The position numbers and the translations under genes are program-made. The notes under the pieces were generated by a model. That model saw nothing but the letters and a program-made list of their open reading frames with translations, searched no databases and had not been told where the DNA came from. A stretch of DNA of 64,000 bases. It comes from Guillardia theta CCMP2712 (Eukaryota; Protista; Cryptophyta). Below are positions 17,942-29,800 of this stretch, one piece after another. Where the stretch lies: contig NW_005434594.1 of assembly GCF_000315625.1 (NCBI RefSeq), positions 180,482 through 244,481 of the forward strand, read 5' to 3'. Position 1 is the first letter of the stretch. The number at the start of each line of letters is the position of its first letter.

Positions 17942-19872
17942 TCAAGCGCGTGACCGTTGTAAGGTGTCCTGTTTCTTCTTGGCCAACAGCTTCGCTACCA
18001 AATTATTCACCTGCACAGGAAAACCTCCTTCAGAATCTCAGCAGTGCCAGCCGATCACGTTACCTCCTCGGCCTTCTTGTTCAACTCGAGGATCCTCTTC
18101 TCCTGCTGGACTAGCTGGCTGGACAGGTTACCCACCAGCTCAGGAACGTCCGTCTGCAAGGCCCCAGTGAGCATCCGAGGGGCAGAGAGCGGGCAAGACC
18201 TGAAGGTTGTTGGAGAAACTCTCGTCACTCGTTTCCTTGAAATCGTTGATGCTCTCAAGAAGCGGAAGGTTTGACAGGACCTGAGACACGCAAAGCAGTC
18301 AGGGGATGGACAAGAGACAGAAAGAGCAGAGGCACAATGTAAGACAAGGAAAGACGGGAGCCAGAGGACCATGGGGCGGAGAGGAGGAAGGAAAAGGGAG
18401 TGAAAAGGGAAGAGTCGTAGTAGTGAGGAGATAAAAAGAGGGAGGAGGGAGGAGGGAGGAGGGAGGAGGGAGGAGGTTCACTTGCGCTCGAAGATCCATG
18501 TTCTTTCTCCTCGCAGACTTGAAGTCCGGGATCATCATATAGCCTCCTCGGGTGCTCCCTCGTCGCTCCCCCTCCATGTACTCCTTGTGAGCCCTGATCC
18601 AACGCTGGATGACGACAGCGGCCTTGTGCTTGAGGTCCTTGCGGAGGGTGATCTTGTCCATGACGGCGATCACCTTCGACTCGGCGCGGGAGAGAGTCAA
18701 CTTCGCTATCACCAGGTTGACAGTGATTGCTAGCATGACAACCGCTACGATAGACGCCATGACAGAAACCATTCGGCCGAGCAAGGTGGTAGGGAACTCA
18801 TCGCCGTACCCCACCGTCGTCATGGTGATGATCGTCAGCCAAACGCAGTTCGCAAAATGCTGGAGGGCGCCGTTGTCGACGACTCGTTCGAACACCATCA
18901 TCATGTATGCGAACATGACGATTTGCAGGAGAGTAAGCACTATGACAACCTGCATGCTGTTCGCAATGACATACTTCAGAATGAAGCTCTCGTCGATCTT
19001 GACTCTATTCATCCTTCCCAGGGCAACTGTTGATTCCGACTGGAGATCTGATATGCACTCCCCATAGAAACGCGGCACGTAAAAGAACCTTACAAACATA
19101 AGGCAACAAAGGATGCTGTTCAACTCGTAGATTGACGCACGGCCCAACCCCTTGTTCCAGATCGTGACATTCACATCCAGAAGAGGGAGTGGTTGAGGTA
19201 ACATGATGAGGACATCGATAAGGAACTGAGACCAGTATCCTCCTCCCTTGAGGCTGGAGATGCTGACTCCAGGAGGCAGTCGAATACCTGAAAGCCGTCG
19301 CAGGTTGATCAAGGTCTCATAGTATCTAGAAAATGAGGTAAGGAACGAACTGGAAAAACAACGAACTAGGTCGACTCACTTGTATAGGAAATATAGAGTA
19401 AGAATAGTCGTGGTGACAACAAGCACTCTCAAAGTGAAGGAAATCTTTGTGACATTGTAAAAGTCATCAAGGCTATCCCATCGAATTTCTAACAAGAGAT
19501 GTTACTCAAAATCAGAAACAAAGTGTCAGGCATTTCACCGTTGTCTGTAACAGCCAACACAACGCCAAGAATTGCGAAGATGAAAGTCCACATGCAGTTC
19601 TGTCGTCTCATAGTGAGCTGTCTGACTCGCTCCTCTCCGGGTAAGAAGCCTGAACCAAGCCCAGGGTCCATCCGGTTATCATTCATGCAGTCTCTCGCTT
19701 GCAGCGATGCAGCCAATGCCTCCATATCAGGCTGTCCAGAGAGAACGTTGGCCTTGGATCGAAACGTGCCCCCAGCCTGCCCTTCCTTTGTGGACTCGCG
19801 TTCAGCTGCATTGCTGTCTCGCAGATGTTGAGAAGCAGTGCCTCGGGGCATGCTCATGGGGCTGGCCTGCAT
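17942..19872 (-). CDS. Small-conductance Ca2+-activated (SK/KCNN-like) potassium channel
   Basis: Pore motif WLTIITMTTVGYGDEFPTTLLGR, then S6 followed by KLTLSRAESKV...KHKAAVVIQRWIR (calmodulin-binding region typical of SK channels) and a C-terminal coiled coil. Multi-exon. Confidence 0.85.
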
Positions 19873-21297
19873 TGTGTCCACGAACGTGCAAGTGATTCGG
19901 GAGCCGTTCGATCACAACACCGTGTAAGCACTCAGCCAAACCCCTGACGATCCAGTGTGAGTAATTGTTGGCGATGGAAACAATACATATGGCATGCGTT
20001 CACTTGCATCAACAGGCAATCCAACAAGAAACAAACAGCCCCTCAACGTTCATAACACGAACGTCTCCTTTCCGAAGAAACCATACTCTGCTACTGTCCG
20101 AAGCATCACTCCACACATACAAAAAATATTTCCTGTCGTCTTTCATATCTACACACCTAACCATCAAACTCATCTACTACATCGACATCAGGAAAATCGT
20201 TATTCAGCCTCGTTTGTCTATCCTCCTTGCATGCTATGTCGTGCATTCAACACGATAATCATCTCTGCTACAATCTTTCTTCTTTTCCCAACATATCTAG
20301 CACCATTTTCATCGTTGTCATCTCAATTCCATCCCTACCAAACATCCTCTACTGAACTGAATCACCGTACCTCTAGGCCTCCATGCCATCGGCTTCTAAA
20401 TCGGGGTGGTAACGGTCTGCCTTTTAATTGTAACGGATAGGATCGTGAAGTCGCCGGCCGCGCCGCCCGGCCCGGTGACTCGCCGGCCGGGCGGCCGGGG
20501 CCCCGGCCCGAGTACGGTCACGCCACAGCCCGGTAACAGAGCGGCGTCCGGGCCCCGGCCGCCACTGGTCGGACCGTCCGCGGCCGGGCCTGACGGTCCG
20601 CACAATGGCAACGCGCGGACCGAGTCAAGGCCCGGCGCGCTCAGGCTTCAACGTGACTGCCGCCGCCGTAACCGTCACGTGAGTCAACGTACTACTGCTC
20701 GTTAGTTAGTTAGTAAGTCAGACGGCTCAATAGGCTCGGAGGCTCAGGCCCGAGTGTGATGCCAGCTCACCGGGCCCGCCCGGCCGCCGCCCGGCCGATG
20801 CGCCGTTCACCGTCGACCGTACGGTACTACTGAGCCTCCGACCGTCGGACGGTCACTGCGGCAGTGCCGGTCACGACGGTCACCGAGTCAGTGACTCAGG
20901 CTTCAAACTTGGCTTTTCAAGTTTGAATCTCCATGCTGAGGCCCTCAGCAGCCTGTCACGTAGTACCCGATGACCCTGGCCAAGGTCAATTGAGACTTTC
21001 AAGAGTGCATGACCGTGAGTTGAGTCGGCTATAACTATTTATTGACTGTGAGACCTTGAGTGCCAAACGTTGTGTTCGCTCAAGTTGCGGAGCTCCGTGA
21101 AGTCACGGGAACCATCGAGATGTCAGCAATTCTCGTGACTAGCCGGAAAACTTGAGTCGATTCGATATCATGTCACGTGACACTGTAGAGGAACAGTCAG
21201 AAGATGGCCTTTACTACACCAACTTAATTCCGTGCGTCCGTATCCTGATTTCAACCTCTCGCCTCCCCGCCGCCGTAGACTCCAAATCCCACGCCAC

Positions 21298-21978
21298 ATG
21301 CACCACCTTCCAACTTCTCCGGCCTTCCCCGCCTCCCCCCGCTCCCGCTCCCCCCTCGCCCTCTCCATCGTCCCCCGCCGTAGAAAGTCCGACCCCGCCT
21401 CCGACATCAGAAAGCCCCCCGTCAGCCTCCGCAGCGATGACATCCTGGCGCTCTTCCACCTCCAGCAACGAGACGCCGCCGACCAGCTGGTGAGTCGAGC
21501 GCGCAGCATGCTTCCCGTGTGATGCTCGGAGGAGGGATCCGGTCATGTGGCTGACGAGAGAGTGCTGCAGGGGATCTCGCTCACGACGCTCAAGATAGCA
21601 TGCAAGAAGCTGGGGCTACCGCGGTGGCCGTACTGCAGGAAGAGCCCCGTGGGGGGGACAGGGGGGGGCGTGGGTGGTGAGGTCGATGGAGGTGGAGGAG
21701 CTTATGGAGGAGGCATGGTCACACTGTGGAGCTTGAACTTGAGTCTAGAGGCTTACATCAAGATAGTAAAACATCACCCATGCGCTGAATGTATGGCTCA
21801 TATGACCTTGCTCAATGAGGATCTTCTCTTCGTCTTTGGATACAGTGGATCGGACATCTCCATTGAAATGTTTTACCACTACTCAATCGCCCTGTGCACC
21901 ACATTGAGTGTTGGTTGGTATGTGGAAGCTTTGTATTCATTGAAATCAGTGAGCCTTGCGGTAAATTTTGTTCTTTAG
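21298..21978 (+). CDS. RWP-RK transcription factor, copy 1 (C-terminus frameshifted relative to copy 2)
   Basis: DILALFHLQQRDAADQL|GISLTTLKIACKKLGLPRWPYCRK across an 81-nt GT-AG intron (21490-21570). Confidence 0.75.
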
Positions 21979-22989
21979 TACACATGTCTATAAGCTACAC
22001 ACTGCTTGGTTTCGCTAGAAGTTAAATGATGTTTGACAGATATCTTCTTAGCTCACAACCCTAGGCAGAGCGCACCATCCTTGTCAACTGTTCAACCATC
22101 ATGTTATTTTCATCTTGAGTGTGACAAACTTGATGGAAGTTGGCTCAGGTTCACTGCAAACCAAAAGAAATCTGGGATGATCGGCACGCGTGTATCAGCC
22201 TGGTTGAATGTCTCGTACAAGATCATCTCAACTTTCAGAACAGAGCAGCTGCTACTCAAGGTTTGACCTCCATGATGCAGGAACAATAGCAGTACCAGTC
22301 ATTCTTAAAAAGAGTTTTTGCAGTCACGGCCTGTGATGACGTTGCGTCAGCACTGGCTACAAAATTCGCATCCTTTCGATCACGGACCGGAAGTTAAAAC
22401 CATCTTAACCCCTTCACCAGGATTATTAAAGCCTTCCGCTCCCCCAAGAACATCACTCGCTCCCCGGTTTCCACACGAACCCTCCCGCATCCTCTGACTA
22501 CGAGTCCTCAACACTTGAGCCTGCTGCCTCCATCAAACACAGCCTATTCGTTACAATGCAGCTTCATCATCCTCCTCCTCCGGCCTCCCCCGCCTCCCCC
22601 CGCTCCCGCTCCCCCCTCGCCCTCTCCATCGTCCCCCGCCGTAGAAAGTCCGACCCCGCCTCCGACATCAGAAAGCCCCCCGTCAGCCTCCGCAGCGATG
22701 ACATCCTGGCGCTCTTCCACCTCCAGCAACGAGACGCCGCCGACCAGCTGGTGAGTCGAGCGCGCAGCATGCTTCTCGTGTGATTCTCGGAGGAGGGATC
22801 CGGTCATGTGGCTGACGAGAGAGTGCTGCAGGGGATCTCGCTCACGACGCTCAAGATAGCATGCAAGAAGCTGGGGCTACCGCGGTGGCCGTACTGCAGG
22901 AAGAGCCCCGTGGGGGGGCCAGGGGGGGGGGCGTGGGCGGTGAGGTCGATGGAGGTGGAGGAGCTTATGGAGGAGGCATGGTCACACTG
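21314..22989 (+). repeat. Near-identical direct duplication (~410 bp: 21314-21726 and 22575-22989)
   Basis: The two segments align almost base for base, including the intron. Confidence 0.95.
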
Positions 22990-23020
22990 CACAGTTCGAC
23001 GTGTTCGCATAGCAAGTTGA
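22556..23020 (+). CDS. RWP-RK transcription factor, copy 2
   Basis: Same RWP-RK core, with intron 22751-22831. Ends ...EELMEEAWSHCTVRRVRIAS*. Confidence 0.85.
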
Positions 23021-24752
23021 TCAGATGAAAAACCGACAAGACTTCCGATTATGCACTGATCTTGCAAGACTGTTCCTGGCTGCTTATTTTAGCACCCATG
23101 TGCAGACAAGTAGAGGCGAGGTATGTGAACGGAGGTATGTGAGTTAGATTGTAGAGTCAAGTTCACATAAGCTCGACCGCGTTCTTTTTGGATTTTCACA
23201 TGCAACAAGACTATAGACTCCTATATGTTCTTGCTGTTGGCCTTGTTTTCATCCGATGATCCATTTTTTTTTAAACACAGTACACAACTTCCACTTAGCC
23301 TTGAAGCTGCTACAATCCTCGTACACTGTAGTCAAGTTTTCCGCAAAACTTGATTTCGTGACGTATCACAAGACATCATGGCAAGTTTTCACCGTTCTAA
23401 GTTCACAACATAAAGGAGGTGGACTGCTCCTCCGAAGCAGACCCGCGGCGCCGCCGGCGCGGCCCCGGCCGCCAGGCCGCGCGACCGGACTCAGGCGGGA
23501 GCCTGAGTCACCGCCGCCGGGTGACGAGTACGGTCCGAGTCGGCCCTGAGTCACAGGCTGACTGGCGGCCTACGGACCGTACTGCCACGGGGGCACCGCA
23601 ACCTTCATCCGTCGGAGGCTCCGAGGCACTGTCAGCGGCTGCCCACCGGCACCGTGGCACTGCCTGGCCGCAGTGCTGCCGTGCGGATCGGACGGACACT
23701 GTCATCGGTGCCGTGCCGCGGCGGCGTGACGCCCGGCTAGCCTCTCAGTAGTACTACTGAGTACGCCAATATGACTGGGTCGACTGAGTCGCCGAGTCGG
23801 ATCGGACCGCCGGCCGCCGGGTGATTCAGCGGCGGCGCAGAACTTGTGACCGTTTCACTCACCGTGAAACGGCCGGCCCCCGGTGACTCCGATGCTCAGC
23901 GTGTCCGATCACCCGGCGGGCCCGGGAGTCCAAGCGGCCCGGGCGACGACTCCCGGCCCGCCGGGTGCCCGGCCGGCGGCCCGCCCAAGCAGGCTACCGG
24001 AGTCGAAGCTCCCCTCAGAGAGATAATAATAGAGAGTGAAAGGGCAGAAAGTTGAATTTACTAGCATCATAATAATGAAACAGTTGTTCATGGCCAGAAG
24101 TGCCAAACGATGTAATTTGGGATCTTTTCGAGCATATCCCTCATATCTCATCGTTTCTGACTACTATCATTTTTTAAAGTTTCTCAAATCTCATCTCTTG
24201 ATTAATTTAAAATTGAGTTGTTTACAAAGGGTATCTCTCGCTCCCAGCGTAATCCGCATCTCTTCGCGCTACCCCCACCCCTCCTTTTCCCACCTCCCGT
24301 GATTGGCAACAGACTGACTAGAGTACCCCCACACGAGGTACCCCACCCCAAGGTACCCATACACCACCCCTCCTTGAATAGCCCTCGCTCATGGGTGCTC
24401 CAAAGGTTTCGACCTGCAAATATCAAAACCTCATCCTCCTCCTCCCAACCCTCCCTCCCCCGCCCGTTCCTCCTCCTTCTTCCCGCTACAACCTCGTTAC
24501 TCTCCATCTCCCTTGCTTCTATTCTTTTCCTTCTTTGTCTTGTTCTACTGTCATTGTCTTGCTAGCTCCTCCTTCTTCCTTTCTCTACTCGTATCCTGAA
24601 CTGAACTGATACGCTATCGGAACCTGTTTGCTCTCTAATAGCCTTGCCCTTTCCTGAGATCGGTGCTGGGCTGGAAACAGCCTCTCGTCAAGATACGTGT
24701 CCTACACGTGTTCCCTCATTCCTTGTGTACAGTAATCATCAGCTTCTTGAAC

Positions 24753-26825
24753 ATGGTGCGGTCGATGCTTGGCAACACTCGCATGTCTCTAACGCAAGCG
24801 TGGTTGTCGATTGCGGAGACGTATAACTCTCCCCAGTCGTCGAGCAACTCCAATAGAACATGCTCACTTGTAGACCCACTACCCAGACAGCATGAGGCAG
24901 AGGTCAGAGACTGTCTGCGCGCTCTGCGAGGACAGGACATTTCGGCCAAGGTGCAGGCAGCTAATCGTATAGCCCATTGCTGCAAATCACGGCAGGAAGG
25001 CAGGAGCTTCAAGGAGGAGATCTGCCGGCAAGGGGTCGTGCAGGTCATGGTGCAGGCAGTTGGTCTGCTGGAGGAGCAGAAGGGGCAGCTTGAGCTCAGG
25101 CTCTCCCTCTTTCGTGCGATCGCTGAATCGGTATATGACCATCGCGGGAATGCGGGGGCAGCAGCTGAGAGCGGCCTGCTCATGGTCACGGCAAACGGCC
25201 TGCGTAAGGCGAATGGAGATGAGGTGCTGATAGAGCATCAACTGTGCGCGACGAACAACGTCGTTGGTATGAACCATGTCTCACAGCGCATCTTGGAGGA
25301 GGCCGGGATTCTTCCCCTCCTTGTAGAAATCTCCAGCTCTCGCTCGCGGGGCAGCAGCAAGTTCGGACAGCAGATTGCAACGGCCGCCCTTGCCAACCTG
25401 ACCAACAATGCGCAACTGAGGGACCATCTGATCAAGGCAGGAGCTGTTCAATCCTTGTCGAACGCTCTCCATCAGTACCGACCCGAGGAGGAGGAGGGGG
25501 CAGTCGAAGTGCCGTCAGTCAGCTACATGCAGTCGCTCTCCGCTGTCGTCAAGGTGGTAGGGAGTGGCTGTCTGATCGGGAAGCAGCAGCATGCCCGTCA
25601 TCGTGAGCTCTCTCGGGGCCAGGATGACGACGACAGCCTTGTCTTCCGAGTGCAGGGCGACAGGAGCTCGAGCCATTGCGATCTGGCCATCGCCGAGGTG
25701 AACACGTCACGGCCTGACTGCAGACAGCAACTGACGTTTGTCCACAGGCTCTCGTGGTCGATCGTAGGAGTGCCCTGTGGATGCTCCAATACCTTGAGGC
25801 GGCTGTAGACGGCTGCCCCTACCCCCCCGATTCGAACATTTACGGTACCACCTGGAAGGTAATTCATCTCCTTCCCGTCCCATTCCCCAAACTTTCCTCA
25901 CCCTTTCTCTTTCCATTCTCTCCCCTAACTCTCTTCTCTTCCCCGCCTCCCCTTCCTCCTTCATTTTCACTCCCCTTCCCCCCCTCTCCCCCTCTCCCCT
26001 CTCCCCCACTTCCCCTCTCCCCTTCCCCCCCACTTTTCCTCTCCCCTCCCTCTCACTTCCCTTCCGTCAAATTTGCGGGCAAGCTGACGCGATGAACGAA
26101 GGTCGCTCTTTCAATCGCTTGCATGGCCAACGGGTGTGCGGCCAACAGGAAGCTCCTGGCAGAAGTCGGTGCATGGCGAGTGCTGTTCCGCGCGTTAGGC
26201 AAGGAGGGCCGGGATAAGGAAGACAGGGTGCAATGAACAAGTTGTTCCTGATCCTTCGACTCATGTATTCTGCAGGCGCTCACAGAAACTCACGTGGTCA
26301 TGGCGATGAGGAAGATGTTGAGAGGTGCTGATGAGGTGAAGAAGAGCGAGGTACCGTCTCCCTAGCTGTTCTGCCCATGAGTTCTCATCCTTGCTTCAGC
26401 TGGACGCCTCTCAGCTCGACAGTCAGCTGGTCTTGAAGCACCTGCGAGTCATCAGTGAGGGAGGCGGAGCAGCCACGGAGATGTGTGTGCGGGAGACTGC
26501 AGCAGAGCTGCTGCTGATCTGGAGCCAGGTTGTACTGTTGTTGTCTTGTTCAGTCACCCTTACTGACGGCCAGCAGGGATGGGAAGTGGAGAGACTGTTG
26601 TGGCTGGCAGTGTACAAGGGCGACGCTGAGGACTCCTGGCAGCACAACAAGGTCGCAAAGGTTATGAGCAGCGCAGGAGAGGAGGAGAAGTTGGACGTGT
26701 CGCGCCATCGGCAGCAGAAGCGCAGATGCCACATGAACTTGCTCCAGCCGAGCATGGTTCGTCGCATCATGAAGCACGTTATGCTCTTGGGAGGACTGGA
26801 GCGTACAGGGCGTGTTGGCATGTAA
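24753..26825 (+). CDS. Armadillo-repeat protein, multi-exon
   Basis: ARM-like helices (AGILPLLVEI, AALANLTNNAQLRDHLIKAGAVQSL, CAANRKLLAEVG). The terminal exon contains VERLLWLAVYK...MVRRIMKHV. Confidence 0.75.
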
Positions 26826-26887
26826 ATACGAATGTGAATGTGAATATATTCTTTACGAGCGTCAAACTTCTGTTGGTATTTACAACC

Positions 26888-29800
26888 TCAGCCCTCTCCG
26901 AGCCCTTCGTAACATGTCAACCCAGCAAAGTTCTGCACAGTATCGTCAGCCCCCTTGGAGATGAGATAGTTTCCAAGGTCCGTGTAGCCATACGTGAAGC
27001 AAAAATGCAGTGGAGTCTGCCCATTATGATTCTGCGTGTTCAGCGCGGCCCCTCGCCTCAGCAGAGCCTTGATGATGGACTTGTGGCCGTTCTGAGCTGC
27101 GATGTTAAGAAGAGTGTTCCCAGCTGGATCTTTGAGGTCCACCGGACAGCCCGAGTCCAGCAGGGCTATCAGCTCGGACTTCTTGCCATGTCGCACCTTG
27201 GAGTAGGCTGACTTCCATGCCGTCGTCTCGTCCTCAGCCGCCATCGCTCGGAGCTCGTCCTTGGAGAGCTCCAGCAGCTCCGTCGACTTCTTCCTCGCCA
27301 TCGGCTGAGGAGCTTTCTCCGGGAGGTTGCGATCAGAGGCGTCGCCCCCCATGTCGTCTGCTCCATCCTCCTCTGCCTCGTAGGATCCAGCTGGAATGTT
27401 CTTGGGCCTCAGCCGAATCTCCTGCCCAGCCTGCATGGCCTTGAGAGCGTGCAAGTCTGGCTCTTCATCCGCATCATCATCCTGCTCGAAGGACACGGAA
27501 GGCTTCCCCATGACTTCCAACGACTCTCTCTCGCGTCTGAACCGCTCACGGTCCTCCATGCGCCTCCTCCGCTCAAGCCGCAGCTGCTGCTTCCTCTCGC
27601 CCTCGTCCACCTCAGGACCCTCCTGCGCGTCCCTCCACCCGCGGTCCACAAGAGCCTCGTCCGCTCCCTTGTCTGCCCTCGGAGCCTGTGGATAGGCCTC
27701 TGCTTCCAGCGCTTGCTCCTTGGCGGTTGCTGGCGGTTGGTACGCTTCCTCGGGCCTGTCAGCGGTGTAGACAGTCTGCTTGATGGTCGAGCTCATGATC
27801 TGCTCGATGCTCTCGATGTCCGGCAGCTCCGTATCCGCCTCGAGCTTCCCGTAGAGGCGCTGCAGAGTTGACTCGATGGTGTGAATGCGAGAGAGCAGGT
27901 GCTGCTTGTTCTTGGCGTTCTTGGGGAGCCGCCGGTCATAGGACAACACAGGCTTCTTGTCCTCCAGCCTATACTCCGCCATCCCCTTGGCTCCTGAGTT
28001 GCTGCCTCTGCGCTTCTCCGCATCCTCCTCATGCGCGACCTCGATGGCTTCCTTCTCTGACACGAGAGCCCCACCCTCGTTCTTCGCTCTGCTCTCCAGC
28101 TCCTCCCTCGACCGAAGGTATGCAGGGGTTTTCTCCTCTCCTCCTCCCACCGAGAACTTGACAGCCTTCTCTGCTGACGTGTAGCTGGCAGCCCCGACAG
28201 ACGTCATCCGTGATATGGGCACCGACGGGCCGAAGATGCCCCGGAAGTTTGAGATGAGAGCGTCGGCAGTGTCTTCGTGCGGGCACAGGATGGAGACGTC
28301 GAGGACGGCCTGGTCGAAGGGGCGAGACTCGCGCATCGGGTCATCCTCCACCTTGATGGGACGTACGACTCCCGAGTCGACCTCGAACGTGATCACAGTG
28401 ATCGGAGACCCTGGGACTGCGAGTCTGACGGAGATCGACTCCTCGGGTATCCTCAACAGCTTCGCAAGGTGGATCCGCTGCTTCTCCGCAAACTGCATCC
28501 TTGCCTTCTCGTCGACGAAGGAGACGTCGAACTTCATCTGGATCAGGTCAGGAGCCACGGACTCCATCATCCCGGGCTTGTTCTTGACAGTCTCGAACTG
28601 CTTCTGCTTCAGCTCTTCCGCACCACCCACCCCTTGCCTCTCGAGGGTGACGACGTTAGGGGCCAACCTCTGACTTTCTCCCTCAGTTCCGAACGCCATG
28701 TACTGCTCGGGTATCGCCGCCTTGCCCAACTTCTCTCCGTTCTTCCCCTTCCTCTTCTCCCTCCTGTCCCCCGCGCTCAACCCCGCGGGCTCACAGGGGA
28801 TGGTAGTCCTGGGGTCTTCCCTCCCTGTCACCTTCTGCGCCAGCTCATACTCGATCTCCTCCACGGCCTTGGTGAGCTTCAGCGAGGGCATTAGACTGGC
28901 ATCCTCCTTGAGCTTCTCCTCCATCCTCAGATCGTGCTCGTCCATGCGATCGTACCGCAGGTCCTCCACCCCTTCGTCCTTCCTGGCCAAGATCGCAGTC
29001 CGAGGCCCCATGGCTCCGCGTTGCGCGGGGAGGAAGTTGAGCTCGTCTTCCTGTTCCTTCAGCCTCCTGGTATTCTCCACCTCCTGGTAAGGAATCTTCA
29101 CCTGCTCCTCGAAGTTCTTATCCGATATCACCGTGACGTCCTGAAACCTCTTCGCTGGCCCTGGAGGTCTTCTTGAGACCTTGGCGCTGGAGTACTGGTC
29201 GTCAAGCATGATCTCTCTCCCTGGCTTGTACACTGGGTCAACGCCCATGTCCTCAGACTCGGCAATCTGTCCTTTGACTTTCTGCACTTGAGAGTAGATC
29301 GACTGTACTTCTCCGTCAAAGATCTCCAGCTGCTCAGGAGCCTCATGCCGAACTCCCGGCACGCTGCTGTCGCTCAGTCCCTTCATCCGCCCTTCGTCTT
29401 CGTAACGAGGGAAGTCTTGCACCTCCTTGGAGTACGCCTTGAGCGAGTCCAGCACCTCTGCTGGAGCTGTCTTCTGAACCCGCTCCTGCACGGCTCTGTC
29501 CTCGACTTCGACGTAGCTTCCGAACGTCTCGTGAAGCCTCGTGCTCAGCAGGCTGTGGCCGGCTCCTTGACTGGTCTCCAGCATACTCACAGCTACTGGC
29601 CTGACGTCCAGCGCACTTTCGCCGTTCTCGGCTGCTGCCGGTCCTGACGAAGAGGACGAGGAGGGAGGTATCAGAGCTGCGTCAGAGGCCCTGACTTTCA
29701 GCCTCAGCAGGGTGATGGGAGATCCAGGTTTGACATCCGAGATCTCGATGCACTCTATTGGTATCCCGAGGGCCTTGGCCAGCTTCTCGCGCTGGGACTT

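Noticed and set aside
21726-22575. Spacer between the RWP-RK copies as a mobile-element insertion
   Set aside because: No terminal repeats, target-site duplication or transposase/RT motifs seen
20396-24151. Pro/Gly/Arg-rich ORFs in the GC islands (e.g. 20406-20705, 23419-23751)
   Set aside because: Expected from stop-codon scarcity in GC-rich DNA; no homology or splice logic
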